NCBI GenBank assembly: GCA_023205875.1
Contig: CP060757.1
Span: forward strand, 682,001 to 746,000
Reading direction: 5' to 3'
Length of the DNA: 64,000 nt
Origin: Chloropicon primus
Lineage: Eukaryota
In this document: in pieces, positions 45,082 to 55,500 of the stretch
Numbering within the stretch: position 1 is the stretch's first letter
Layout of the letters: the number at the start of each line of letters is the position of its first letter
Notes under the pieces: generated by a model
The model's database searches: none
The model's input: the letters and a program-made list of their open reading frames with translations, nothing else
What the model was told of the DNA's origin: nothing
Made by a program: the position numbers and the translations under genes

Positions 45082-45208
45082 CCCCAGCGCCAACGCTTCG
45101 CAGTCTCCTCCTCAGATGATCATAACGCACCTCGCCTCCTGCGCCAGGGGGGTGTGACTCGGTGAACCGAGGGTGGTGCGTCGTGCGTGCGCGCGTGCGT
45201 GGAGGAGG

Positions 45209-46159
45209 ATGGAGGGGGGGAGGGGGGACGGGAGGGGGCCATTGGAGTGCAGGGCGACGTTCCTTAGGACTGGGGTTGTCGGGGGTGCGACGGGGTCGGC
45301 GTATTTGGAAGTGGGGAGGAGCACGCGCATGGTGGTGAGCGTTTGGGGGCCAAGGCAGAGGGACAGGGACGGGGAGGGCTCCTCCCCGCACGAGATGCAG
45401 CTCGATTGCCACGTGCACCTTCCGTTTGCCCGAGGCGAGGCGGAAGAGGCTGCGGGGTCGCGGGGGACGGAGAGGGAGAGAACCCTTGCCAGGCAGCTGG
45501 AGCAGGGCATCTTGCCCTCGATACAGCAGGACAGGCTGAAGAAGTGCTGCGTGGAGGTCCAGTGCACGATCTTGGAGAGCAACGGGAGCGACTTTACTCC
45601 CGCGATACTGTGCACGTCGTTCGCCCTCGCGAGCTCTAATATCCCCCTGTACGACTTGATGACGTCCTGCACTTTGGTTGTGGTGGAAGGCCGGATACTC
45701 CTGGACCCCACGGCAGCGGAGCTGGCACGGAGCGAGGACGAGGTGTCCTTGGCCTACATGCCGTCGAGGGACCAAGTGACTTTCGTCCAAGCTTGTGGAG
45801 ACTGGAGCGAGAGGTCCTTCAAGGAGTGCATGGACAACTGCGTCGATGGCTGCAAGAAGATGAGGGCGGTCATGCGAAGTTTTCTGGTGGAGCTCGGGGA
45901 AGGGGGGGGTCGCCCAGCGTCCCACTCCCTCGATTACTTCCAGGGGGGGGGGGAGGTTTGTGATCAGGGGCCGGGGGCCGGGGAGGACGACGCAGGAGAA
46001 AAAGCACCGATGTCTGGCGGCGACGACGACGAACCGAGAAGAGAGGGGGGGGGAGGAGCGGCAAGATTTGAGGAGTCGCGCGTCAGTGAGAAGTTAGGGA
46101 ACCTCGTGGTGGCGGACCAAGACCTTGACGCAGAGCTCGATACCCTGCTCGACGTGTAA
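45209..46159 (+). CDS. Exosome core RNase PH-like subunit (MTR3/RRP41-like)
   Basis: TGVV..ATGSAYLEVG, SVWGPR, TILESNGSD, SFALASSNIPLYDL, LLDPT..E; acidic tail. Confidence 0.85.
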   Translation: MEGGRGDGRGPLECRATFLRTGVVGGATGSAYLEVGRSTRMVVSVWGPRQRDRDGEGSSPHEMQLDCHVHLPFARGEAEEAAGSRGTERERTLARQLEQGILPSIQQDRLKKCCVEVQCTILESNGSDFTPAILCTSFALASSNIPLYDLMTSCTLVVVEGRILLDPTAAELARSEDEVSLAYMPSRDQVTFVQACGDWSERSFKECMDNCVDGCKKMRAVMRSFLVELGEGGGRPASHSLDYFQGGGEVCDQGPGAGEDDAGEKAPMSGGDDDEPRREGGGGAARFEESRVSEKLGNLVVADQDLDAELDTLLDV

Positions 46160-46218
46160 CACTAGTGGGATTGTGTGTGTGTGTGTATAAAGTTAAGTTA
46201 AATTAATTTACCACAGAA

Positions 46219-47474
46219 TTATAGGGGGTTGCTTTGGGGTGTCATCATGAGCAGCTCCATGGCCACGGCGCAGGCCTTGTTCTCGCTGCGAAGGATGGAC
46301 AGGTTCATCTCATCCAGCTTCGAAAGCAGCTCCCTCTCCAAGACCTCGTGCCTGCCCAGCTCGCTGCTGAGGCTGTCGCAGTTCGAGAGCAGCTTGCTCA
46401 CGGCGTCGCAGGCGTAGGACTCGCTCTTCTTCAGCATCGCCTGAATCGTTTGAAGGGCACGCTGCGCCTCGGGTGCCTCGGGTTCTCCGACACGAACGGC
46501 CCCTTCGCTGCCGTCGTGAAATGCTGACTGCGTGGAGTTCCAGTGGAGGAGCCAACACTTCACTTCCTTAAGCAACTCCCGGCACTCTCTCAGGCGAGAC
46601 TCCGCGGCGTTCCCTTCCGCCTTGTCGTCCCCCACGTGGTTGGGCCTGAAGCAAGCCTTGGCGAGTTTCCTGACCTTCTTCGAGAAACTTCTCCAGGGCC
46701 TCAGGAGGGGGCGCCCCTTGCCGGGACGCTCGAGAGGCAGCAGCTCGACCTTCTCCGCCGTGGCCGCGCTGAGGCACTCGTCGTCGTCGACTGCTTGCGG
46801 GAACTCAGATTCGCACGTCGCGTCGATCGCGCTCCCGGGCCTGACCAGGGCATCTTCCACCAGTTGAAGGGCGCTCTCCACCGTGCCGTGCAGCCTGTGG
46901 ATGCAGCCGAGGATCTCCTCGCCCCTCGCCTCGCTGCCGTTGATGCCCGAATCGAGGAGCAAGGCTTGCAGCTTGCCGTGGCAGACGCGGAGGGTGCACT
47001 GGGTCAAGGCGTTGACCTGGTGCCAATGCATCGTGCGCGGAGAGGGAGAGAGCGTGTGTCAGCAAAGGGGGGTTGGGGTCACCGTCCAAGTCGCTGCCTT
47101 ACCTCTTTCCCGGCCTTCTGCGCGGACAGGCGGGTCTCGTGATTGCCCCGCAAGGCCTCGTTCTCACTCCTCAGCGACCGGATGATCTCCTGCTGCCGGC
47201 CAGAGAAGTCGACGAGAGCTCTCGTGGCCTGGGCGAGGAGTCTCTCCTCGGTGCCTTCGGACCCCGAGGTCCCGCGGACGAGCCGCACGATGTCCCCGGC
47301 TTCGAAGCCTTGCTGCCTCCCTCCCTCGTCATCGCCCTCCACGATCTTCTGCAGCTTGGTCGGCGCCTTGGGGAGCAAGCCCAGTGCGAGGACATTGCAA
47401 TCACTCTTGAGGCCCTCCGGATCGAACCCCCTGCAGTCCGGAGCCCAAGTCTGCCTCCTCCCTACGACCCCCAT
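46219..47474 (-). CDS. Hypothetical coiled-coil protein (2 exons)
   Basis: Exons 47474-47103 and 47016-46219 join in phase 0 via GTAAGG..CTGAC..CAG. Confidence 0.6.
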
Positions 47475-48387
47475 TCTCGCTCACTCAATCGTCGATTAGA
47501 CGACAACGAGCAGGACGACTCAAGAAGAAGAAGAAGAAGAAGAAGAGCGCGCGCACGCACACGCACACAGAGTGACAGAGAGAGACAGAGAGAGTGTGTG
47601 TGTGTCTCCAACCGCACTCGTGAGAAATGCGACGCGCGCAACGCAACCAGTGGAGAGAAACTCCAATGCGAGGCCTCGAGCGTTGCGAGGATCCCAAGCC
47701 TCGTTAATAAAAAAACGGAAACGTCACAGACCGAATCTTGTGGGGGCCGCCAAAGAGGAAACTTAGGGTTTGTTTCGAAGAGGATCAAAAACGAACCGTG
47801 TCGCGAGGACTCAAAAAGGTAAGGGAGCGTCGTCTTTGCGTGACGCGAGAGGGGACGCGGGGAGGGGGGAGCTTCGCGAACGGGTCCCGCATCCCCCGGG
47901 AGCTTCGCGAACGGGTCCCTGGAGAGATGGGGCGGACGGGCGGGACGGAGGGTGGGGTCTGCGACCCCGTACGTCTCGTCTTGGCCAGTCTCGTCGTCTC
48001 GCCGTCTGGACGAGGACACATGGTGCGGTCTCGACCCCCTGGGGTTCCCCGGTCCTCGTCGCTTGGATGGTGGCGGGTCTCGATGGCGGAGGCCGCACGA
48101 GAGGCGAGGGAGCTCGACGGTCGAACCTCTCTCTCTCTCTCTCTCTCCTTCGCGCACGAGAGGTTTCGTCGAGAGCTCCGCGGGCGGTGTCCCCCCGCTG
48201 TTCCTCGCTCACGCACACACACACACTCTCCCTCTTTCCCTTTGCCGCCTGCTGACACGCTTTTGCCTTTCTTCTTCGTTGTCTTTCATCTTGAACACAC
48301 GCAGAAGAACTATTCGCAGGCCGCCACCACCGGAAAGGAATTCGCACTCACCCGACTTGGACCTTGTTTGATACATACACTTGTTTT

Positions 48388-48735
48388 ATGGCCGGTCTCG
48401 ATAACATTCAGAACTTGGGCGGTGGTTTCGATCCCTTCGCCGACGCCGCAAAAGAAGAAGCAGCGAGTGCACCCAAAGACATCGTTCACATCCGTGTGCA
48501 GCAGAGGAACGGAAGGAAGTGCTTGACCACGGTCCAGGGCATCAACCCCAAGATAGATCTGAAGAAGGTCATCAAGGCCTTCAAGAAAGAGTTCGCATGC
48601 AACGGCACTGTCATTGAGGATGAGGAGTTCGGTAAGGTCATCCAGCTTCAGGGAGACCAGAGGACGAACGCATCCACTTTCTTGACCAAGCAAGGAATAT
48701 GCGCAAAGGACGCTGTTAAGGTTCACGGATTCTGA
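48388..48735 (+). CDS. SUI1: Translation initiation factor eIF1 (SUI1); probable 5'UTR intron 47819-48304
   Basis: FDPFADA, VHIRVQQRNGRKCLTTVQG, KKEFACNG, IQLQGDQR, KVHGF. Confidence 0.97.
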   Translation: MAGLDNIQNLGGGFDPFADAAKEEAASAPKDIVHIRVQQRNGRKCLTTVQGINPKIDLKKVIKAFKKEFACNGTVIEDEEFGKVIQLQGDQRTNASTFLTKQGICAKDAVKVHGF

Positions 48736-48916
48736 ACTGTACAGTATAGTATCAATATATCAACTATATATCTTTCCTTCTTGGGTCTCTCTCCTCCATC
48801 TCCATTCTTGGAACCTTTTTTCTCATCCACTCTTTCGTCTTTACGACAGACCTTTTCCTTTGGCGTTGTGGGGGAGGAGACAGCGACAGGGGACGTTGGA
48901 ACTGCACTAGTGGAAG

Positions 48917-50459
48917 ATGATTGACAAAGGTTTAGAGGTGGCGCAGGAAGTGTTGTGCGGGCCCTGCGTCACCCAAGCCTGCTCCGGGCGCGAGAGTGGA
49001 CTCGTGCGGTGCGGAGTTTTCCTCCTGGCCATCGTACTTTCTGGTCCCATTTTGTTCCTCTGCGGAGTCAGTTTCCTATTTCAGACGGCGTCCTACACGA
49101 GGGAGAATGCCGTCAAGGCCTACAACAACCAGGTAAGGTGGTCTGAAGGCTTTCGCGTGGCCGTCCGGACCGGCACTCGAGAGAACAAGGCATCGGAGAG
49201 CTTGAGACTAGACTATAACTTGCCAAAACTCTCTCTCTCTCTTTGTCCAGGTTGGCGTGTGGCAGAGCACCGTCTATGACTCGGTGTTCCCCCAAGGGGC
49301 GTACATGAACATGACGACGACCTTCAAGTATTCGTGCGTGGGAGGGTCGACCTTGAACGGGAAGGAGGACCTGTACAACTTGACGCTCGGTATGGATCCG
49401 GAAGATTATATCGTGGACAAAAACAAGGAGGACGTCGAGGATCTGTCGCCTCAGTACAAGTACTTTTACGAGAGGCAGCAGTCCCCGGCATCAACCCGTA
49501 TCGAGAATTGCGACATAACGGTGACCGTGAGGAGCAACTCGTCGAGCTTGGTGACGGTGACGGTGCCTTACCTTACAACTGAGTTGGTCAAGTGCGACAA
49601 GCGGGATACTTACAAGGCCTGCCAAGACGTCTTGTACCTGAGCGACTTTTGTACAAAAGTAAAGTACTATGGCGGCAAATACGTCCTGGACAGAAACTTT
49701 CCAGGCCAATCTTTTGGCTGCTTCTACAACAGCGACACCAACCGCTTTGACATGACACGGTACCAGAGAAACGAAGAACCCATCTTCATGAACTTGATGA
49801 TGAGGTTCTCGGCGGACCCGTACCTGACGTACATGGAGGAAACCGATGGCACAGGTGATTTTGGCTTGGACACCGAGGGAAAGGTCAAGCTGGGGGCAAT
49901 CCTGCTTGCTTTTGGTGTCCTCATCTGTGTTGTGGAGATCCACACCTTCAAGCAGATTAGGGGATTTGTCAGGCAAATGAATTCCAGCGAGAACACAATG
50001 CGGCCCAGCCATCCTGTCCAGAGATTCTATTACGACTCTGCGCACTATTATTACAACCGAAGGATGGCCAGCCACCACCATAGGCACGCGAACCGGGGCA
50101 TGGGGGGCGTGCGCGGGTACGGGAAGCAGCATCAGATGCACCACAATCATAGAGGCCCCGCAACAAGCTATCCTCGAGTGAACAACAGGAGTAGCTTTGG
50201 AGTGTACCAACCTTACCCAAGCAGTGCGCAACACCACTTGCCTCCAGGCCAGCATGGGTATGGGCAGCGCATCGACAACCCCATCGTGAGTCCGTGCCAT
50301 AATAACAATTACCCGCCCGCTGCTCCCTCGGGCTACGGTGGGGAGAAGCCAACAGGTTACGGGGAGAAGCCAACGGGACATGGCCCAGGGTCGGGACAAA
50401 GCTCGGAGCCTGTTCCAGACATCCAGACTTACACCTACAACCCGAACGGCAACCCTTAA
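48917..50459 (+). CDS. Hypothetical two-TM membrane protein with Cys-containing extracellular loop and His/Pro/Tyr/Gly-rich tail (2 exons)
   Basis: Exons 48917-49132 and 49251-50459 in phase 0; two hydrophobic helices flank a loop with NxS/T sites. Confidence 0.7.
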
Positions 50460-50506
50460 CTGAGAAAAACGCAAGAATGATGATGGCAAAAATAAACACC
50501 AAATTA

Positions 50507-52225
50507 TTATAACTCCTTCTTGCTTTCTTCAAGGACGTCCTCACGAGAGAAGATTTTGCTTCTCTTTGAGTCAATGAACTCAACCAGCTCGTCTCTCAGA
50601 TGCAGGCCCTCGTACTTGATAACCTCCATGTTCGCGTTGACCAGGAAAATTTGAGGGTAAGAGTCCAACTGGAAGCGATCGTCGTTGATCTTGTTCTTTG
50701 GTCCGTTGACCTTGGCAAAGGCGAGGTCCTCGTCGCCTTCGTACTTCTTTGCTAGATCTTTCAGCTCGTTCGCAACAAAGTCCTTGCTGTTTTGGTTGGA
50801 ATTCGCGTAGATGTAAAGGAAGACGTTCTTTCCCGAGTTGACAAATTCATCAAAAGTGAAACCCACAACCTTCTTCACGAGGCCTGTGTTGAACTTTGGC
50901 CTTCTCTCTGACTTGACTCCGTAGTCTGGCTCGTTGAAAGGCGAAAGCTCGTTGTTGCCCAGCTGAGTCAACCACTTCGACATGTATTCCACTGTCAGCT
51001 CCTTCCCTCCCTCCAAGTCCAGCTTCCAGTACAACTCATTGTCTCTGTAGCCCATCTTCTTCTGGTGCACGGCTCCGATCATGATATCAGACGTGTCGTT
51101 CTTGAATTCGAAGAGAACTTCACACCTCGTGTTTCTCTTCTCCGTCAATGGATGGTAATGAATGACCCTGGACGTGTACTTCTTCTCCACTGCCGCGGCG
51201 TTAGCGTCTCTGACGATCCTTGCAAGCTCGCCGTACCTTTCTCTTGGGAACACGACCTCCAGCCTGTAAACGTTCCTTTCGTACCATGGGGTGAAGTACA
51301 TCTCGGCCAGCTCATCGTAGGCTTTGGCATAGTTGGTGTAGGTCTCCATCAACTCTTGATCGATGATCTCCGCCATAGCCTTCTCAGAAATCCTCGCGTG
51401 GTAGTTCACTGGGTTTTTCTGCCCTGGAATAACTTCGTGCAAGCCGTCGAAATTGCGAATGATGACCACGGTGTCAGGCTGCTGCTCGAAGTCATCACCA
51501 AGAGCAGACTTTACAAAGTCAGGGCTCTTGGTCTCGTAGAAGAAGGCGAAAGGATTTGTCTTCTGGGCCATTTTCACATAGCCGTGGAAGCCTACGCGGC
51601 TCAAGGAAAGCTTCGAGGGGAAGTAACCGATAACCGCGTAGGAGTACTCGTAATTAGTGCGGACGTCGTCGTATTTTTCGCCCTTTTGCACCTCGTAAAC
51701 TGTTCCCTTCAGCCTGAGCTTGATTTCTTCCATAAGCATAACGCCGTCCAGGGGTTCTCCCAAATCCCTACCCATGTACAGTTCTCTGACTGTGGCCAAC
51801 ACACCGTTCTCAACCATATAGACCCTCCACGGCTTCTTTTCTGTCATCGTGGAGAACGCCACTCCCGGTCCAAACGCCTCGTCCAGCTCACTGAAGTCCT
51901 TTCCGCCGTGCACCTTATCGATCTTGTAGAACTGGACGCCATCCTCGTCCTTCATTCTCGAAGCGAGACTCGCATACTCCTCGTCCCATTGGTCCACCTT
52001 CGAAGGGATGTACACCATCACGACGGAGACCTCCTTTCGCTTGGAGTTCCTGATCTCCTCGAAGGTATCGAAGAACTTCCTCGGGCGAAGTGTCACGACT
52101 TTCGCTCTCCCTTTTGGTGCGTCCCCCTTTGCCGCAGCAGCGAGAGAGGCCAAGATGATACCTTGTATCACGAGTCCTATCACAAGGTTTCTCAAAGAGA
52201 GCCCCTTCATCTTTCCTGTCGCCAT
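50507..52225 (-). CDS. Protein disulfide isomerase-like ER protein lacking CxxC
   Basis: Signal peptide; AVIGYF (b domain); VKSE..P..VKKVVG.TFDE..KNVFLYIYA..AKVNG..N..YPQI (a' domain); C-terminal KKEL. Confidence 0.8.
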   Translation of the reverse strand: MATGKMKGLSLRNLVIGLVIQGIILASLAAAAKGDAPKGRAKVVTLRPRKFFDTFEEIRNSKRKEVSVVMVYIPSKVDQWDEEYASLASRMKDEDGVQFYKIDKVHGGKDFSELDEAFGPGVAFSTMTEKKPWRVYMVENGVLATVRELYMGRDLGEPLDGVMLMEEIKLRLKGTVYEVQKGEKYDDVRTNYEYSYAVIGYFPSKLSLSRVGFHGYVKMAQKTNPFAFFYETKSPDFVKSALGDDFEQQPDTVVIIRNFDGLHEVIPGQKNPVNYHARISEKAMAEIIDQELMETYTNYAKAYDELAEMYFTPWYERNVYRLEVVFPRERYGELARIVRDANAAAVEKKYTSRVIHYHPLTEKRNTRCEVLFEFKNDTSDIMIGAVHQKKMGYRDNELYWKLDLEGGKELTVEYMSKWLTQLGNNELSPFNEPDYGVKSERRPKFNTGLVKKVVGFTFDEFVNSGKNVFLYIYANSNQNSKDFVANELKDLAKKYEGDEDLAFAKVNGPKNKINDDRFQLDSYPQIFLVNANMEVIKYEGLHLRDELVEFIDSKRSKIFSREDVLEESKKEL

Positions 52226-52575
52226 GACCGTCCTCTCCTCTGCTTCTTGACCTACAAAGGTTCCCACTTCCCTCGATCGTACTGCCCCCTTTTCCCAAAG
52301 AGTGAATTGGCGTGTCAGCAGCTTATGCTTGGATCGGTGGGGTTGGACCAAGACCGAAATTACTACAAGGAGGAACGAACACCAGGAGAGGAGAACGTGA
52401 AACAGGCAATGAACAAACACGATGGAGGCGAAGGGGGCTTGCTTGATCGAGTGGTGGTTCGGGGGGAACAAGACGTTCGTCAGAAACTATTTTGAGGTAT
52501 TTGGAAATATTCATAAATATTATTTTTGTTGTGTTGTGTTGTGTTGACACGCCTTTCAAGTGTTTCTCCCTTCAT

Positions 52576-55500
52576 CTAGTAACTCTCGAAGATCGTGTCA
52601 AGCTCGTAATCGTTCTCTGGAGGTGGGAGGTCCTTTTCAGCAACATCAGGTTCCAGGATTTGCATCTCTGATGGTTTCTTGGATGGAACATAAGGGGCTG
52701 GGTACACCTTCCTGTCGATGGCGTTCCAGTTCGCATTGCTGTAGCTCTTGAACCACGCGTGGGACCTGAGCTCTTCCACGGACCTCGCTCCCAGCCTGAG
52801 GTTCTTCTCCTTCTTCAGGCAGCCCTCGATGAAGTCCTTGCACTCAGCAGAAATGTCCGCGAACTTCCTGTCCGTATAGTGGATCTTCTTCTGCAAGATG
52901 TTAGACAAGACGGTCTTGGACGTCTTGGAAGCGAACGGAGTCTTCGTCGTGATCATCTCGTATAAGAGGATGCCAATGGACCAAATGTCTACGGAAGGAC
53001 CGTAGCCCTCGTTCAGAAGGATCTCCGGAGCAACATACTCAGGAGTTCCGCAGATAGTGCTCGCCTTCTTTCCTTCCTTCAGTTCCTTCGCCAGACCAAA
53101 GTCAATGAGCTTCAGGTAACCGAAGTCATCCAGCAGCACGTTCTCAGGCTTCAGATCTCTGTACACGATGTTCTTGGCTCGCAAGTGAGAGAACATGGAT
53201 ATGAGGCAAGCAATATAGAACTTGCAGACCTCCTCGCTGAAGCCCTGGGACCTTCTGATCTCCTGGTACAGATCTCCACCGGAGCACACATCCGTCAGCA
53301 GGTAGATGTACCTTTCGTCTTGCCACTTCTTGCGCAGCATGATGATCATCTCATGATCCAAGTTCTCGAGCATCTTTATTTCTTGGACCAAGTGCTTCTG
53401 GTGCTTCTTCTTGACGATGTTGTGCTTGATGAGGGACTTCATAGCATAATATTTCTTGCTATTCTTTGCCATCACCAGCTTCACCATGCCGAAGGCACCC
53501 CGACCAATAATGCCCTGATCCACAAAGTCATCGGTCCCCATGTTCGCCAGCTTCTCCTCCTCCTCCGTCTTTTGCTTGTCCTTCTGCTTGATCTCCTCAA
53601 GGGAACCGCAAGCCTTCTCCACGATTTCTCTGGACAAGACGAAGACCTCACTCAGTCTCGCCGCGGTCACATCAAAAGTGCTCTCCTCGGTCTTGAGCAG
53701 AGCCTTCTCGCCGAAGAAGTTTCCTGGAAGCAACCTAACTCTCTCTGTCGCTTGCTGGTTGGCCGTCTCTCTCTTCTTCGTCAACACAAGCTCTCCCTTG
53801 GAGATAATGTACAACTTATCATTCACTGTACCAGTTGTCACCAGTTTCTGTCCTTCCGTGACCTTCTTGCATTCCATCGTCTCTGCCAACACAGCAACAT
53901 CGCTCTTCGACAATCTCGACAGCGACTCTATGCTGAAGAGGATCTTCATGACCTTCTCTCTCGCTGTGGAGTCGTTCGCGAGATTCACTAGCTTCCTGAA
54001 GTCATCCCTCTTCAGAGAATACAGCTCTACGTCCGTCTCGGCGACGACAAATGCGTTCCTAGGATCGTCGTTCAGCAAAGCCAACTCACCAAAGGATCCG
54101 TGTCCTCTGATTTGGTTCACCATCTTAAGCTCACCGTCGATCATGTCCAAGACGCTGATTTTACCCTTCTTCAGGAAGTAGAACTTATTTCCCTTCTCCC
54201 CCTTCTTGATGATCGTGGAACCTTCCGAGAACTCTTCGTAGTCAAAACTCTCCGCCACGTCCTTGACCTGCTCCTCGGTCAGAGAAGCGAATATTGGCAA
54301 GGTGTAGAGCACGTTAACCCTCAGAGTGACATCACTGGCCTGCAAGAGGAACTTCGAGATGTTCTCAAAGTACTCGAGCTTCAGAGTAAGCAGAGTTGCC
54401 CCGTTCGGCCCCGCAAGATACGTCTGATTGTGTTTCTGATTGAAGCAAATCTCGAAATCGCCGAAGCACTGGCCCGGCAAACTCATACTCTTGGAAAGCC
54501 TCTCGTTGATTCCTTCTTTCGTCACGCCGTACCAGTTGGATTTGATGTCGATCTGCCCCTCCATCAGCACGTAGAAATGAGTTGCTGGCTCATCATCCCC
54601 TACTATCACTTCCTCTGGCTTGTACTTCTTGATCTCGAATTTCAGGACAGTATCCGAGAACAAGCCATCGTCGAGGGCGTTGAAGATCGGCACCTCAACC
54701 AAGGTCTCGATTGTCTTCTGAATCTCCTGGTTGTTGTTCAAGGCCCTGGAGAACGTCTCCTGATCGAGCGCCCACAAAACGCAGTCCGTTCTCGCGACAA
54801 TGGAGTACAAGAATGGGCACTTGAAGATCAGACTCGTGCCTCCGAAGGAGTCGCCGTGACCATAAACCGCCTTCAATCGACTCGAGTGGGTCATCACATT
54901 GTCCATATACTCGTCGTAAGCCTCGAGGCGACCTTCTTGAATGATGTAAAAGTTCGTTGCGAAGGTACCCTGGATCGCCATCTCCATGCCATCCGTGACA
55001 GTGACCTTGCGCATGATTTGAATTATCTCCTCGAGCGTCGAGTCCTCTGCGTTGATGAAGATCTTGTTCTTCTTCAACACCGAAAGAAGGAATTCCCTGT
55101 CCTCCGCGTTCTTCGCGATTCGTTGCCTCTGACCAGTCTTCACAAGCTGTGGAAGCGAGTCCGCCTGGTCCACTGACTGGGACTTCCTCTTCTTCTTCTT
55201 CGAGGAACTGAGATCAGGATCGAAGGAGTCACTCTGGTTCACAAGAGTCTTTGCTCTTGAGCGCGACTTGATCGTGAAAGAGGGCTGGTTCTCTATCGCC
55301 GACCTCTCGCTCGTGTTGCTCTCCTGCACTTCATCAAGCTTTCCACTTGGACCGTTGATGTCCTCGAAACCTGCCAAGACGTTCTTGGCAATGTCAGTGC
55401 TGTCGCTGAACAGAAGCATCTCGAACTTGTCCGTGCCGACAAGCGAGTGGCCCACCGTCAGCTTGACACTGTGCAGCAAGACGTCGTTCATCCCCTTGAA

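Noticed and set aside
47462..48526. Overlapping 130-260 aa ORFs upstream of eIF1
   Set aside because: GC-rich, microsatellite-containing promoter and 5'UTR intron; no protein-like motifs.
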